Assembly (NCBI GenBank): GCA_040767805.1
Contig: JAXGNU010000005.1
Location: 72,152 to 136,151 of the forward strand
Source of the DNA: Thermovirgaceae bacterium
GTDB taxonomy: Bacteria > Synergistota > Synergistia > Synergistales > Thermovirgaceae
Length of the DNA stretch: 64,000 nt
Reading direction: 5' to 3'
In this document: piece by piece, positions 47,385 to 57,366 of the stretch
Layout of the letters: every line of letters starts with the position of its first letter
Numbering within the stretch: position 1 is the first letter of the stretch
The notes under the pieces: model-generated
Database searches by the model: none
What the model was told of the DNA's origin: nothing
Seen by the model: the letters and a program-made list of their open reading frames with translations, nothing else
Made by a program: the position numbers and the translations under genes

Positions 47385-48383
47385 ATGTTTAAAACAAGAC
47401 TATTGAGCCAGGAAGAAGTAAAGAAACTGATTTCAATGAAGGACGTGATCGATGCGGCGGAGAAGACCTTCAGGGGCATGGGAGAGGAGACGGTGGTCAA
47501 CCCCACGAAAGTCGGCCTCGACCTTGGAGAGACAGCGGAGTTCCCACCCTACGAGGGATTCATGAATGCTATGCCCGCTTATATCGGCTGGCTGGACTCG
47601 GCGGGGATCAAGTGGGCGGGCGGTTTCCTGGGCGAGAGAAAGAAAAGGGGTCTTCCTTACATTACCTCCTTGATCCTTCTCATCGATCCGAAGATAGGTA
47701 ATTTCCGGGCCGTAATGGATGGCGCCTACATCACCAATATGAGGACCGGGGCCCAGACAGCGGTAGCCCTGAAGTACCTCCACCCGGAGAAAAACTTGAA
47801 GCTGGGACTTTTCGGGGCCGGGATGCAGGGGCATACCCAGACCATGGCGATAGCGGAACTCTTCCATATCGACGAGGTCCACGTCTACGATATTTCCCCC
47901 GAGGCCAGCAGGAAATACGCGGAAGACATGAAGGATACGGTCCAGGGGAAGATCGTCATAGCGAAAACCCCGGAAGAGGCTGCGACCGGTGCCGACGTCG
48001 TCGTCTGCGTAACCCAGTCCAAGGACAAATTTGTCAAGGATTCCTGGATCAAACCCGGTGGGATCCTCTTCCCCATGGGTTCGTACCAGGAGTGTGAAGA
48101 TGCTTACATCCTCAACGCCGACAGGATCATCGTGGACCATGTCGGACAATGCCTGCACAGGGGAGCACTGAAGGAACTGAGCGAAGCCGGAAAGATCACC
48201 GAAAAGAGTATCTACGCCACGATAGGAGAGATCGTGGCCGGGAAAAAGAAGGGTCCGGGATCGCCGTCGGAAAGGACTCTTTGCATTCCCATAGGGACCG
48301 GGGCTATGGACATAGCGGTCGCAACGATTGCTCTCAAGAAAGCGGAAGAGAAGGGAATCGGGGGGTTCTACGAATTCGCGTGA
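47385..48383 (+). CDS. ornithine cyclodeaminase/mu-crystallin family protein
   Basis: AMPA, RTGA, GAGMQG and GTGAMD motifs. Confidence 0.88.
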   Translation: MFKTRLLSQEEVKKLISMKDVIDAAEKTFRGMGEETVVNPTKVGLDLGETAEFPPYEGFMNAMPAYIGWLDSAGIKWAGGFLGERKKRGLPYITSLILLIDPKIGNFRAVMDGAYITNMRTGAQTAVALKYLHPEKNLKLGLFGAGMQGHTQTMAIAELFHIDEVHVYDISPEASRKYAEDMKDTVQGKIVIAKTPEEAATGADVVVCVTQSKDKFVKDSWIKPGGILFPMGSYQECEDAYILNADRIIVDHVGQCLHRGALKELSEAGKITEKSIYATIGEIVAGKKKGPGSPSERTLCIPIGTGAMDIAVATIALKKAEEKGIGGFYEFA

Positions 48384-48421
48384 GAAGTTCCTCAACCCTT
48401 ATAAACACAGGAGGTGATGTG

Positions 48422-49417
48422 GTGGCCACTCTTCTTGTCACGCAGAAAGAAATCGTCGAACTGGTTTCCATGGCTGAAGTGATCGACGCAGTGGAGAAAA
48501 CCTTTCGGGGCATGGGGGAAGGATCGGTCATCAACCCCACGAAGGTTCATCTGGACCTAGGGGATGGTGAAAGCGGTCTCCCCTATAACGCCGGAATGAA
48601 CTCAATGCCGGCCTACGTCGGTTGGCTTGAGTCAGCAGGGATTAAGTTCATCGGGGGATGGGAGGATAACCCCTCAAAAGGAATGCCTTACATCAGCGGG
48701 ATGATCCTTCTGGTTGACCCCAGGGATGGTCGATTTCTGTCCGTCATGGATGGGACCCTTGTGACGGCTCTCAGAACAGGGGCCCAGACGGCGGTCGCCC
48801 TGAAATACTTGGTATCAGAACCCCGGAACCCTGTAATAGCTCTCTATGGAGCCGGGGCCCAGGGACGGACCCAGGTCGAAGCCATTGCTACCGCTTTCAA
48901 GGTGAAGGAATTCCGGGTCTTCGATATCAGGAAAGAAGCCTCCCAGGCATTTGCAGAGGAAATGGCTCCAAAGATGGGGGTGCCTATAACGGTCGTGGAC
49001 CGCCCGGAAGACGCCGTCAAGGAAGCCCATGCCGTTGTGTCGGTAACCCACGCCCGTAACAAGTTCATCAGGAACGACATGATAGGTGAAGGTGTCACCG
49101 TCTGTCCCCTGGGCTCTTTCAGGGAGTGTGAGGATGAACTGATCCTTTCAATGGACAAGATCATTGTGGATCATGTCGGCCAAACCCTGCACAGGGGAGC
49201 GCTCAAGGATGTCAGCGAATCAGGCCGTCTCGGGGAGGAGGACCTGTACGGGACCATAGGGGAGGTCGTTGCGGGAAAGAAGAAGGGCAGGGAAAACTCA
49301 AAGGAAAGGATCCTCTGTATTCCCATAGGTACAGGGGCAATGGACGTTACCGTCGCCACCCTGGCTTACCGAAAAGCTCTTGAAAAAGGCGTGGGAAAGG
49401 AATTTCCCTTCATCTAG
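48422..49417 (+). CDS. ornithine cyclodeaminase/mu-crystallin family protein (paralog)
   Basis: SMPA, RTGA and GAGAQG motifs; similar to the upstream gene. Confidence 0.88.
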   Translation: MATLLVTQKEIVELVSMAEVIDAVEKTFRGMGEGSVINPTKVHLDLGDGESGLPYNAGMNSMPAYVGWLESAGIKFIGGWEDNPSKGMPYISGMILLVDPRDGRFLSVMDGTLVTALRTGAQTAVALKYLVSEPRNPVIALYGAGAQGRTQVEAIATAFKVKEFRVFDIRKEASQAFAEEMAPKMGVPITVVDRPEDAVKEAHAVVSVTHARNKFIRNDMIGEGVTVCPLGSFRECEDELILSMDKIIVDHVGQTLHRGALKDVSESGRLGEEDLYGTIGEVVAGKKKGRENSKERILCIPIGTGAMDVTVATLAYRKALEKGVGKEFPFI

Positions 49418-49523
49418 GTCAAGCAGTTTTTTGACCTGGTATTGGGGAAATCTCACCGGTGACAACGGGATGTTGCCGGTGAATGGCAAGGACAAAATTA
49501 GTAGAAAAGGGGAGGGAAAAGAG

Positions 49524-50534
49524 ATGAGAGCGAAATGGTTGGTTCTTGGGACAGCGTTGCTGGTTGCCATCATGGTTATAGCGACCGGCACGGCTGTCGC
49601 AGCGCAGTACCAGTGGAAGATCGGGCATATAAGGCCTACCGGGACGGATGTCGACAATGACGTAAACTGGCTTGTCGAGAAGATCAAGGAAGAGTCCGGC
49701 GGACGGATCGTGATCGACATCTTCCCCGCAAGCCAACTGGGCGACTACACTGTGGTCCAGGAAAGGGTATCGATGGGCGCCATCGAGATGCAGCTGGCCT
49801 GCCTGGGTACGACGGTCTCCAAGGCCCTGAACCTTCCCGGAGCTCCGTACCTTGCCACTAATTACGAAGAAGCGGAGAAGCTCTTCGGCCCGGGTGGGAT
49901 CGTGTACGAAATAGTGGATGAGATCCTCGACCAGAAGGAGAACATACACCTCATCGCAGGATGGCCTTGCTATTTCGGAGGGATCGCCCTGGGCAAGGAA
50001 GCCCCGGCTCCAGGAGATCCCGATGTTCCCAAGAACATCAAGATCCGCGTCCCGCCGATCAAGTCCTACGAATTGGTCGCCGATGCACTGGGCTACATGG
50101 CCACCCCTATCCCCTGGGCCGAAACCTTCACAGCCATGCAGACGGGCATAGTTGACGGGGCTATCGGGGCGGGAGCCGAGGGGTACTATGCGAACCTCCG
50201 GGACCTCATGAAGGTCTACCTCGTCATCAACGACCACTTTGAAATGTGGTTCTGGTACATGAACAAGGACCTCTGGAACAAGCTCTCCAAGGAGGACCAG
50301 GAACTACTCACCAAAGCGGGTCGAGAACTCGAGGCCAGGAGATGGAAAGCAGCTCCCGAAGCCCAAATAGCAAACGAAAAGAGGTTGGCCGATTTTGGTG
50401 TAAAGGTTATCTACATCAAGCCGGAAGAATTCAAGGCCATAGTGAAAAAGGCGGAAGAATTAGTGTGGCCGGGCATCAAGGGAGATATCGGGGAAGAGTA
50501 CTTTAACAGGACCATGGAAGCGCTGAAGAAATAG
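49524..50534 (+). CDS. TRAP substrate-binding protein DctP
   Basis: Signal peptide; KIRV and TAMQTGIVDG motifs. Confidence 0.9.
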   Translation: MRAKWLVLGTALLVAIMVIATGTAVAAQYQWKIGHIRPTGTDVDNDVNWLVEKIKEESGGRIVIDIFPASQLGDYTVVQERVSMGAIEMQLACLGTTVSKALNLPGAPYLATNYEEAEKLFGPGGIVYEIVDEILDQKENIHLIAGWPCYFGGIALGKEAPAPGDPDVPKNIKIRVPPIKSYELVADALGYMATPIPWAETFTAMQTGIVDGAIGAGAEGYYANLRDLMKVYLVINDHFEMWFWYMNKDLWNKLSKEDQELLTKAGRELEARRWKAAPEAQIANEKRLADFGVKVIYIKPEEFKAIVKKAEELVWPGIKGDIGEEYFNRTMEALKK

Positions 50535-50689
50535 CCTGACAATGCTTGGCGCTTTCCGCTTCACCGTTCATTGTTGATGGGCCGGGGGGCGCAAGTCCCC
50601 CGGCTTGTTCCAAGGACCTTGGGAAAGGCCGTAGTCTGGCGATTGGAAAGAAGAGTCTTCAAAGAGGGGCTTAAGAATTCGAATGTTGG

Positions 50690-52066
50690 GTGGTACGAGA
50701 GGGTGTGAATACCGTGGTTGTTGAAACCTGTCTTGAAAAGCAAAAGAAGGAAGGCGCCGTTGTAACAGAAGGGCCGTTGAAAATACGGAAGGTATTGGTA
50801 AAGGACGTGCAATTCGGCGAAGAGACGGAAATCAGGGGCGAAACCCTTTTCCTGAATGCCGATGATATGGAAAGAGAATTGCTCGAGGACAAACATCTCC
50901 TTTCCGTCGATGTGAAGATCGCCAGGCCCGGGGAGAGCATCAGGATAATCCCCGTAAAGGATATCCTGGCGCCGGCGGTTAAAGTGGACGGTCCCGGTTG
51001 TGTCTTCCCGGGCTTTATCGGAAACCCCACCAGGACGATCGCCGGGAGGGGTACTACGGCGTTCCTCGAAGGCGTGGCCGTGGTGACCTCGGGAAGATTG
51101 GTCAACTTCCAGGAGGGGCTGATCGACATGACCGGTCCCGGGGCCGAGTATTCGATCTTCTCCAGGTTGGTCAACGTGGTCCTCGTCCTTGAACCCGTTG
51201 AAGGGCTCGGGAAGTACGAACATGAGAGGGTCGTCAGGGAAGCCGGCGTTAAGGCGGCTGCTTTCATAGGGAAGGCCGCCGCAACGGCTGAGTATTTCGA
51301 GGAGACGGTCTATGCCAACGAAGCCATCCCCGAGATCCACTCCAAATACCCTGACCTGCCGAAAGTGGTCTATGTAAGGCAGGTCCTGGCTCAAGGACTG
51401 CTCCATGACAATTACCTTTACGGATTGAACGCAAGGGAAGGTGCTGTCCCTCTGTATATGCAGGCCACGGAACTCTTTGACGGGGCCATTGTCAGCGGGA
51501 ACTGCGCCGCCCCCTGTCATAAACACACCACCTATCATCACCAAAGGGACCCCATTTCCGAGGACCTTCTCGCTGAGCACGGGAAGTCCCTGGCTTTCCT
51601 GGGTATCATCGCCCAACCCGTGAGGACGGCTTTCTCTGAAAAAGAAAGGAATTCTTTCCAGGTCCTCAAAATCGCGAAAAGCCTGGGAGCCGACGGGGCC
51701 ATAATCGCCGAGGACGGAGGCGGCAATCCCGAGTGTGACCTGATGCTTACGGCCAGTATTCTCGAACAGGCCGGCATCAAGACCGTCATCGTGACCGACG
51801 AATACGCCGGTGGCGACGGGGCGTCTCCCGGGCTGGCGGATATTTCTCCATACGCCGATGCCGTTGTCACCAACGGTAACGGGAACGAACGCGTGGTATT
51901 GCCCCCGATGGAAAAAGTCATCGGACACTTGGAGACTATCGAAGTGATCACCGGTGGTCATTCGGGAAGCCTTTTGAAGGATGGATCGATAAACATGGAA
52001 ATAGCCGGCATCATGGGCTCCACGAACGAACTGGGGATGGAAAACCTCTCCACAAGGGCAATATGA
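50690..52066 (+). CDS. glycine/sarcosine/betaine reductase component B proprotein (GrdE-like; start uncertain)
   Basis: RIIPVKD, GLIDMTGPGA, DGAIVSGNC, GGNP and TDEYAG motifs. Confidence 0.9.
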   Translation: MVREGVNTVVVETCLEKQKKEGAVVTEGPLKIRKVLVKDVQFGEETEIRGETLFLNADDMERELLEDKHLLSVDVKIARPGESIRIIPVKDILAPAVKVDGPGCVFPGFIGNPTRTIAGRGTTAFLEGVAVVTSGRLVNFQEGLIDMTGPGAEYSIFSRLVNVVLVLEPVEGLGKYEHERVVREAGVKAAAFIGKAAATAEYFEETVYANEAIPEIHSKYPDLPKVVYVRQVLAQGLLHDNYLYGLNAREGAVPLYMQATELFDGAIVSGNCAAPCHKHTTYHHQRDPISEDLLAEHGKSLAFLGIIAQPVRTAFSEKERNSFQVLKIAKSLGADGAIIAEDGGGNPECDLMLTASILEQAGIKTVIVTDEYAGGDGASPGLADISPYADAVVTNGNGNERVVLPPMEKVIGHLETIEVITGGHSGSLLKDGSINMEIAGIMGSTNELGMENLSTRAI

Positions 52067-52083
52067 GGGACGGTGCTGGGAAG

Positions 52084-53433
52084 ATGAAAAAGTACAGGAT
52101 CGTTCACTATATCAACCAATTCTTTGCCGGCATCGGGGGTGAAGAAAAAGCGGGGATCGGTCCCTGGTTCGAGGACAAACCGGTGGGTTTCGGCAAGCAG
52201 ATCGAGGCGGCTTCCGGCGGCCGTCTTGAGGTCGTGCGGACGGTGATATGCGGGGACAACTATGCTGCGGAAAACCTTGAGGAATTTGAGAGGACCATTC
52301 TCCCCTGGATAAAAGAAGTTGACGCTGATCTTCTTTTCGCCGGCCCGGCCTTCGGTGCCGGGCGTTACGGGACCGCATGCGGGACCCTTTGTGACCGCGT
52401 TTCATCCCTATTGGGTCTGATTGCGATCTCTGCAATGCACGAGACAAATCCCGGGGTGGATGTAGCGAAAAGGACGACTTACGTTTTGAAGACCGGAGAT
52501 TCGGCGAGAAAAATTGGCAAGGTGGTTCAAGATATGATCCGGTTCGGCCTCCGTCTCCTCGATGGAGAAGAAATAGGAAGCCCGGAAGTGGAAGGATATC
52601 ACCCTCGTGGAGTCCGGATAAACTTCCGAAGAAAAGAGCGGGGATCGAAAAGGGCCGTATCCATGCTCCTCAAGAAAATTCACGGCGAGCCTTTTGAGAC
52701 GGAACTACCCATGCCTGTCTATGACCTCGTCCCGCCTGCGCCTCCCGTGGCGAACCTTGAGGAAGCCCTTATTGCCATCGGCACGGAGGGTGGCATCGTC
52801 CCCAGGGGTAACCCCGATCGGATCGAAGCTCACAATGCTTCCAAATGGTGTGCCTATCCCCTGGTGGGTTTGGACAACCTCAAGAAAGGCGATTACGAAG
52901 TCGCCCACGGCGGTTATGACTTGGTCCATGCCAACGAGGACCCCGACAGGGTTCTGCCCCTGGATGGCATGCGGCGCCTTGAAAAAGCGGGCAGGTTCCG
53001 AAAACTGCTTGAGAAATATTTCGTCACCGTGGGAAACGTAACGGCGGTGAAATCAGCTGAACGATACGGGCGCGAGATCGCGGCGATGCTCCACGATGAG
53101 GGAGTCGATGGTGTGGTGATGACCTCCACCTGAGGCACCGGCACGCGTTGCGGCGCAACGCTGGCAAGGGAGATCGAAAGATCCGGGATACCGACAGCCC
53201 TGATCACGGCCATACCCAGCATCGCCCTCACCGTCGGAGCCAACAGGATAGTCCAGGGGGTGGCGATACCTCACCCCGTCGGTTCCATCACGGAGGACAG
53301 CTACGAGGCGGAGATGGAGATAAGGATGGAGATATTGGAGAGAGCCCTGAACGCCATCTGCACGCCCATCACCGAGCAGACCGTTTTCCGCAAGGGAGAA
53401 CAGGTGGAGGTGGCTGGTGCTGGAAGGGAGTAA
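52084..53433 (+). CDS. glycine/sarcosine/betaine reductase selenoprotein B (GrdB-like), Sec at UGA 53131-53133
   Basis: VHYINQFFAGIGGEEKA and GPAFGAGRYG motifs. TST-UGA-GTGTRCGA continues in frame 99 codons (VGANRIV, IPHP) to TAA. Confidence 0.9.
53139..53165 (+). promoter_or_regulatory. putative bacterial SECIS hairpin
   Basis: GCGTTGC-GGC-GCAACGC stem starting 11 nt after the UGA. Confidence 0.65.
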
Positions 53434-53815
53434 GAACCTCCCAAGGAGCAGGATCATCACTAACAACCCACTCGTGATCGAAAGGTTCAAAGAGAGCATT
53501 CCAGTAGAAGGGGGCCCCGCCGAGGTTTTCAAGGAGGCCCTGCAGCACCTTGAAAAGGGCGCTGTTCTCTCGGGGCATCCCCTTTCTGGAAGCATAAGGC
53601 TCACAGCGAACCCTTACCGTTCCATCGTCGTCGATGCTCCGGAAGGGGCCGCCCTGGACAGGAATGGAGTAGCCGCCCTCCTGGACGCGATCGATCGTGT
53701 CGAGAGAGCGTCGAGAGAAAGGATCGCGCCGCAGGAATGCCTGGAGGATTACGCGTTCATAGATTTGGACCTTTTGAAGGCCGGTATCAGCGACGACCCG
53801 GAGAAAAAGGTTTGA
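53417..53815 (+). CDS. grdX: GrdX family protein
   Basis: IITNNPLV, HPLSGS, PYRSI and DYAFIDLDL motifs. Confidence 0.85.
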   Translation: MLEGSKNLPRSRIITNNPLVIERFKESIPVEGGPAEVFKEALQHLEKGAVLSGHPLSGSIRLTANPYRSIVVDAPEGAALDRNGVAALLDAIDRVERASRERIAPQECLEDYAFIDLDLLKAGISDDPEKKV

Positions 53816-53843
53816 ACCCTGAGGTTCTTCCCACGGGAGCGGT

Positions 53844-54596
53844 TCAGGCGCAGTAATTCCTCAGGGTGCCCACCCCTTCGATCTCCACTTCCACCACGTT
53901 GCCGGGCCTCAGGGGGCCTACGCCAGCCGGGGTGCCCGTGGCGATCACGTCGCCCGGGGAGAGCGTGGCGAAGCGGCTTATGAGGGCTATGATCCGGGTG
54001 GCGGGAAACCCCATGGCGTCGGTGTTCGACGACTGGACCACCTTGCCGTTGAGCCTGGTCTCGATCTTCCTGCCCCCCGCGTCTCGGCTGTCCACAAGCC
54101 ATGGCCCCATGGGGCAGAAGGTGTCGAAGCTCTTGGAGCGGGTCAGGCGCGCGTCCTTTTTCGTCAGGTCCCTGGCCGTGACGTCGTTGAGGCAGGTCAG
54201 CCCGAAGATCACGTCCCGGGCATCTTCTTCGGGGACGTCCCTGCACCTTTTGCCGATGACCACCGCCATCTCCCCCTCGTAGTCGACCCTCCCCGGCCAG
54301 GTGGGGATGATTATCGTCCCCTCGTGCCCTAGGAGTGAATTCACCCCCTTGAGGAAGATGTTCGGCTCCTCGGGCATCGGGGTGCCCGATTCCTCGGCGT
54401 GGTCGGCGTAGTTCAGGCCGACGCAGAAGATGTTGCCCGGCTCCGCCGGCGGCAGGAGCTTCACTTCTCCGATCAGGGTCTGTTCCCCCGTCGGTTCCCT
54501 GGTGACCCAGGGCGCCCCCGCCAGGGCGGATATCACGTCGCCCTCGAGCATACCCCAGCTCGTTTCACCGGCCTTTTGATACCTGACGAATTTCAT
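53844..54596 (-). CDS. fumarylacetoacetate hydrolase family protein
   Basis: VGLNY, DYEGE, NDVTARD, KSFDTF and TGTP motifs. Confidence 0.92.
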   Translation of the reverse strand: MKFVRYQKAGETSWGMLEGDVISALAGAPWVTREPTGEQTLIGEVKLLPPAEPGNIFCVGLNYADHAEESGTPMPEEPNIFLKGVNSLLGHEGTIIIPTWPGRVDYEGEMAVVIGKRCRDVPEEDARDVIFGLTCLNDVTARDLTKKDARLTRSKSFDTFCPMGPWLVDSRDAGGRKIETRLNGKVVQSSNTDAMGFPATRIIALISRFATLSPGDVIATGTPAGVGPLRPGNVVEVEIEGVGTLRNYCA

Positions 54597-54732
54597 GGAC
54601 CTTCCTCCCCTTCTTTCGGCCGTCCCGCCCCCAAAGGGGCGGGAAGCCCTGTTTTTATGAACATGCCGTGCCTTACCTTCACCAAGTATAGCCTCATCCT
54701 CCCGGTCGTGACGGCGGGGGCGGGCCTCCCCG

Positions 54733-55593
54733 TCATCCCGCCGCCAACAGCGCTACACCGGCCAGGATGACGGCCGACCCCGTCATCCTGCGCTTCCTGT
54801 CGCCCTCGCCGAGGACCGTCGTCCCCAGGTACGTCCCGATCACGACGCTGACCTCCCTCGCCGGGGCCACCAGGCTCAGGGGGGTGAAGGAGAGGGCGTA
54901 GAGCACGGCCAGGTAAGCCGCTGCCGACATCAGGGCGATGAAAAAGGCCGGCCTCCTGTTGCGCTCCCACTGGAAGAGGATCCCCTCGGGGTCGCGGAGG
55001 GCTGGAGGCGAGAGAAGGACCGTCTGGAAGGCGATGATGGCGAAGAAAAAAAGGACGGGGGGGAAGGACCGGAGCCCCACGGCCACCCTGTCCACCAGGG
55101 AGTAACCGGCGATGCACGCCCCCGTCGCGATGCCCAGCAGGGGTGCCGCCCTGGAGCGGGAGTCCCTGAAGAGGGAGGCGCCCCCGGCGATCCAGAGTAT
55201 CCCCGCGATGACCAGGCCCGTACCGGCCTGGTTCAGCAGCGTGGGCTCCTCGCCCAGCAGCGCGATCGCCAGCAGGGTGGAAAGCAGCGGCCCCGTCCCC
55301 CTCGCGAGGGGGTAGACGATGGACAGGTCGCCGGCCCTGTACCCCTTCTGGAGGAGGATATAGTAACCGGCCTCGAAGGCGGCGCTTGCCGCGGCCAGGA
55401 GTACGAGGGGCGTCCCGAAGCGGCAGGCCCCGCCCCGGGAGGCGAAAAGAGCGAAGGGAAAAAGGAGCAGCGAGGCGAAAAGGGAGAAAAGCCACGCGAA
55501 GGCCGCGCCGCCGGCGACGCGCTTGGCGACCAGGTTCCACCCTGCATGGAGAAAAGCCGCTGTAACGACCAGGAACAGGGAAAACAGCGTCAT
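54733..55593 (-). CDS. EamA/DMT transporter
   Basis: HAGWN and DLSIVYPLARG motifs. Confidence 0.85.
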   Translation of the reverse strand: MTLFSLFLVVTAAFLHAGWNLVAKRVAGGAAFAWLFSLFASLLLFPFALFASRGGACRFGTPLVLLAAASAAFEAGYYILLQKGYRAGDLSIVYPLARGTGPLLSTLLAIALLGEEPTLLNQAGTGLVIAGILWIAGGASLFRDSRSRAAPLLGIATGACIAGYSLVDRVAVGLRSFPPVLFFFAIIAFQTVLLSPPALRDPEGILFQWERNRRPAFFIALMSAAAYLAVLYALSFTPLSLVAPAREVSVVIGTYLGTTVLGEGDRKRRMTGSAVILAGVALLAAG

Positions 55594-55657
55594 GGCAGCC
55601 GTTGACCTTTCGCGCCTTCTGGCTTTTCCGATTCACAACTGGCTATTCACGGTTTCT

Positions 55658-56593
55658 TCACTCCACCCCCGGCTCCACCACGGTCAGCGTCGACCTCGAA
55701 CCGTCCAGCACGGCCCGCGCCCCCATGGGCAGGGTGGCCTTCCTCGGCCCGTGGCCGAAGCAGGCGTTCACCAGCGTCGGCTTCCCCTCGGGGACGAGGA
55801 TCGCTTCCAGGACCTCCGGCAGGGTGAAGGAATCCTTCGGCTTCCTCGGCGGGATACGAGTGAACTGGCCAAGCACGATCCCCGCCGCGTCGTCCAGTTT
55901 CCCGGCCAGCCTCAATTGGGTCAGCATCCTGTCAATGCGGAAGACGGGCTCGTCGGTGTCCTCGAGCAGCAGGATCTTCCCCCGGGTGTCGATCTCCCAG
56001 GGGGTCCCCATCAGGGCGCAAATGAGGGCGAGGTTCCCGCCGGTCAGTTCGCCTTCGGCCGTACCCGGGACGAGGGTCTCCATGGCGGGGCCGCCCGGGC
56101 AGGGGGCGATCTCCTCCAGCGGTTCCACGCCGGTGACCGCCCTGAGAAGGCCGTCGCGAACGTAGCCGGGGAAGGAACTGCTTATGAAATCGGTGGCGGG
56201 CATGGGGCCGTGAAAGGTGATGAAGCCCCTGGGCCTGTTCAGCACCAGGTGGAGGATCGTTACGTCGCTGTAGCCCAGGAACACCTTGGGGTTCCTGTAG
56301 ATCGCGTCGAGGTCCAGCCGCTGGGGGAGCCTTATGGCGCCGTCACCACCGCGGACGCAGAATACGCCCCTGACCTCGGGGTCGAGGAACGCCCTGTTTA
56401 TGTCATCGGCCCTGACGAAGTCCCCCCCGGCGTGGTAGCCCTCGGACTCGTAGCAACTCCGGGACAGTTTGACCCGGAACCCCATGTCTTCGGTGACCCT
56501 GACGGCTTTTTCGATGGAATCCATCGAGGACTGGCTCGAAGGGGACACGAAGGCGACCGTATCGCCCTCCCTGAGGGCCGGGACTTTCCGCAT
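55658..56593 (-). CDS. LD-carboxypeptidase (S66)
   Basis: RGG, GYSDVT, GGNL and FGH motifs. Confidence 0.9.
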   Translation of the reverse strand: MRKVPALREGDTVAFVSPSSQSSMDSIEKAVRVTEDMGFRVKLSRSCYESEGYHAGGDFVRADDINRAFLDPEVRGVFCVRGGDGAIRLPQRLDLDAIYRNPKVFLGYSDVTILHLVLNRPRGFITFHGPMPATDFISSSFPGYVRDGLLRAVTGVEPLEEIAPCPGGPAMETLVPGTAEGELTGGNLALICALMGTPWEIDTRGKILLLEDTDEPVFRIDRMLTQLRLAGKLDDAAGIVLGQFTRIPPRKPKDSFTLPEVLEAILVPEGKPTLVNACFGHGPRKATLPMGARAVLDGSRSTLTVVEPGVE

Positions 56594-56722
56594 CGCTGGA
56601 CACCCCTTTACCGTGTTTTTTACCCGGTGGCCGTGGCCCACCGGAACAAGGATAATGGATAGGGCTCCCGATAGCACCCCCGACCATCGGGATCGGGCCC
56701 GAAAACGAAGGGAGGGTCTTCA

Positions 56723-57250
56723 ATGATATTCGATCCGGGACTCGTCCAGGTCTACACCGGCGACGGCAAGGGCAAGACCACGGCGGCCCTGGGCCTCGCG
56801 GTGAGGGTTTGCGGCCACGGCGGGAAGGTGGCCTTCATCCAGTTCATGAAGGGCTGGGATTTCTACGGGGAGATAACGGGGCTCTCCTTCCTGCCCGGCG
56901 TCCGCCACGAGCGCACCGGCACCCCCGAATACGTCTACCGGGGCAAGGAGAGCGAAAGGGACCGCGCCGAGGCCGCCAGGGGGCTGTCCCTGGCGAAGGA
57001 ATGCCTGGCCTCGGGTTTCTACGACCTGGTCGTGCTGGACGAGGTGAACGTCGCGGCCGACTACGGGCTCGTCGACCCCGGGGAGGCGGCCGAAGCGATA
57101 AGGGAGAGGCCTCCCCACGTGGAGGTGGTCCTCACCGGCAGGTCCGCCCCGGAGGTCTTCCTGGGCTTGGCCGACCTGGTAACGGAGATGAAGGAGGTCA
57201 GGCACCCCTTCAGGAAAGGGCTCGCCTCGAGGAGGGGCTCCGATTTTTGA
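56723..57250 (+). CDS. cobO: cob(I)yrinic acid a,c-diamide adenosyltransferase CobO/BtuR
   Basis: YTGDGKGKTTAALG, QFMKG, LDE and TGR motifs. Confidence 0.9.
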   Translation: MIFDPGLVQVYTGDGKGKTTAALGLAVRVCGHGGKVAFIQFMKGWDFYGEITGLSFLPGVRHERTGTPEYVYRGKESERDRAEAARGLSLAKECLASGFYDLVVLDEVNVAADYGLVDPGEAAEAIRERPPHVEVVLTGRSAPEVFLGLADLVTEMKEVRHPFRKGLASRRGSDF

Positions 57251-57366
57251 ACTCCCTGCTGGTCAATGTTTTATATTGGATGTAAAATGATGCATCTACC
57301 CTTCATGGTAATGATAATCATGTTCATCTAATCCGCCCTCGGGCGAAAAAAGGAGGTAGGTGCGTT

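Noticed and set aside
52063..53433. grdB-like pseudogene or split gene
   Set aside because: The UGA sits at the conserved Sec position with a downstream hairpin and in-frame continuation.
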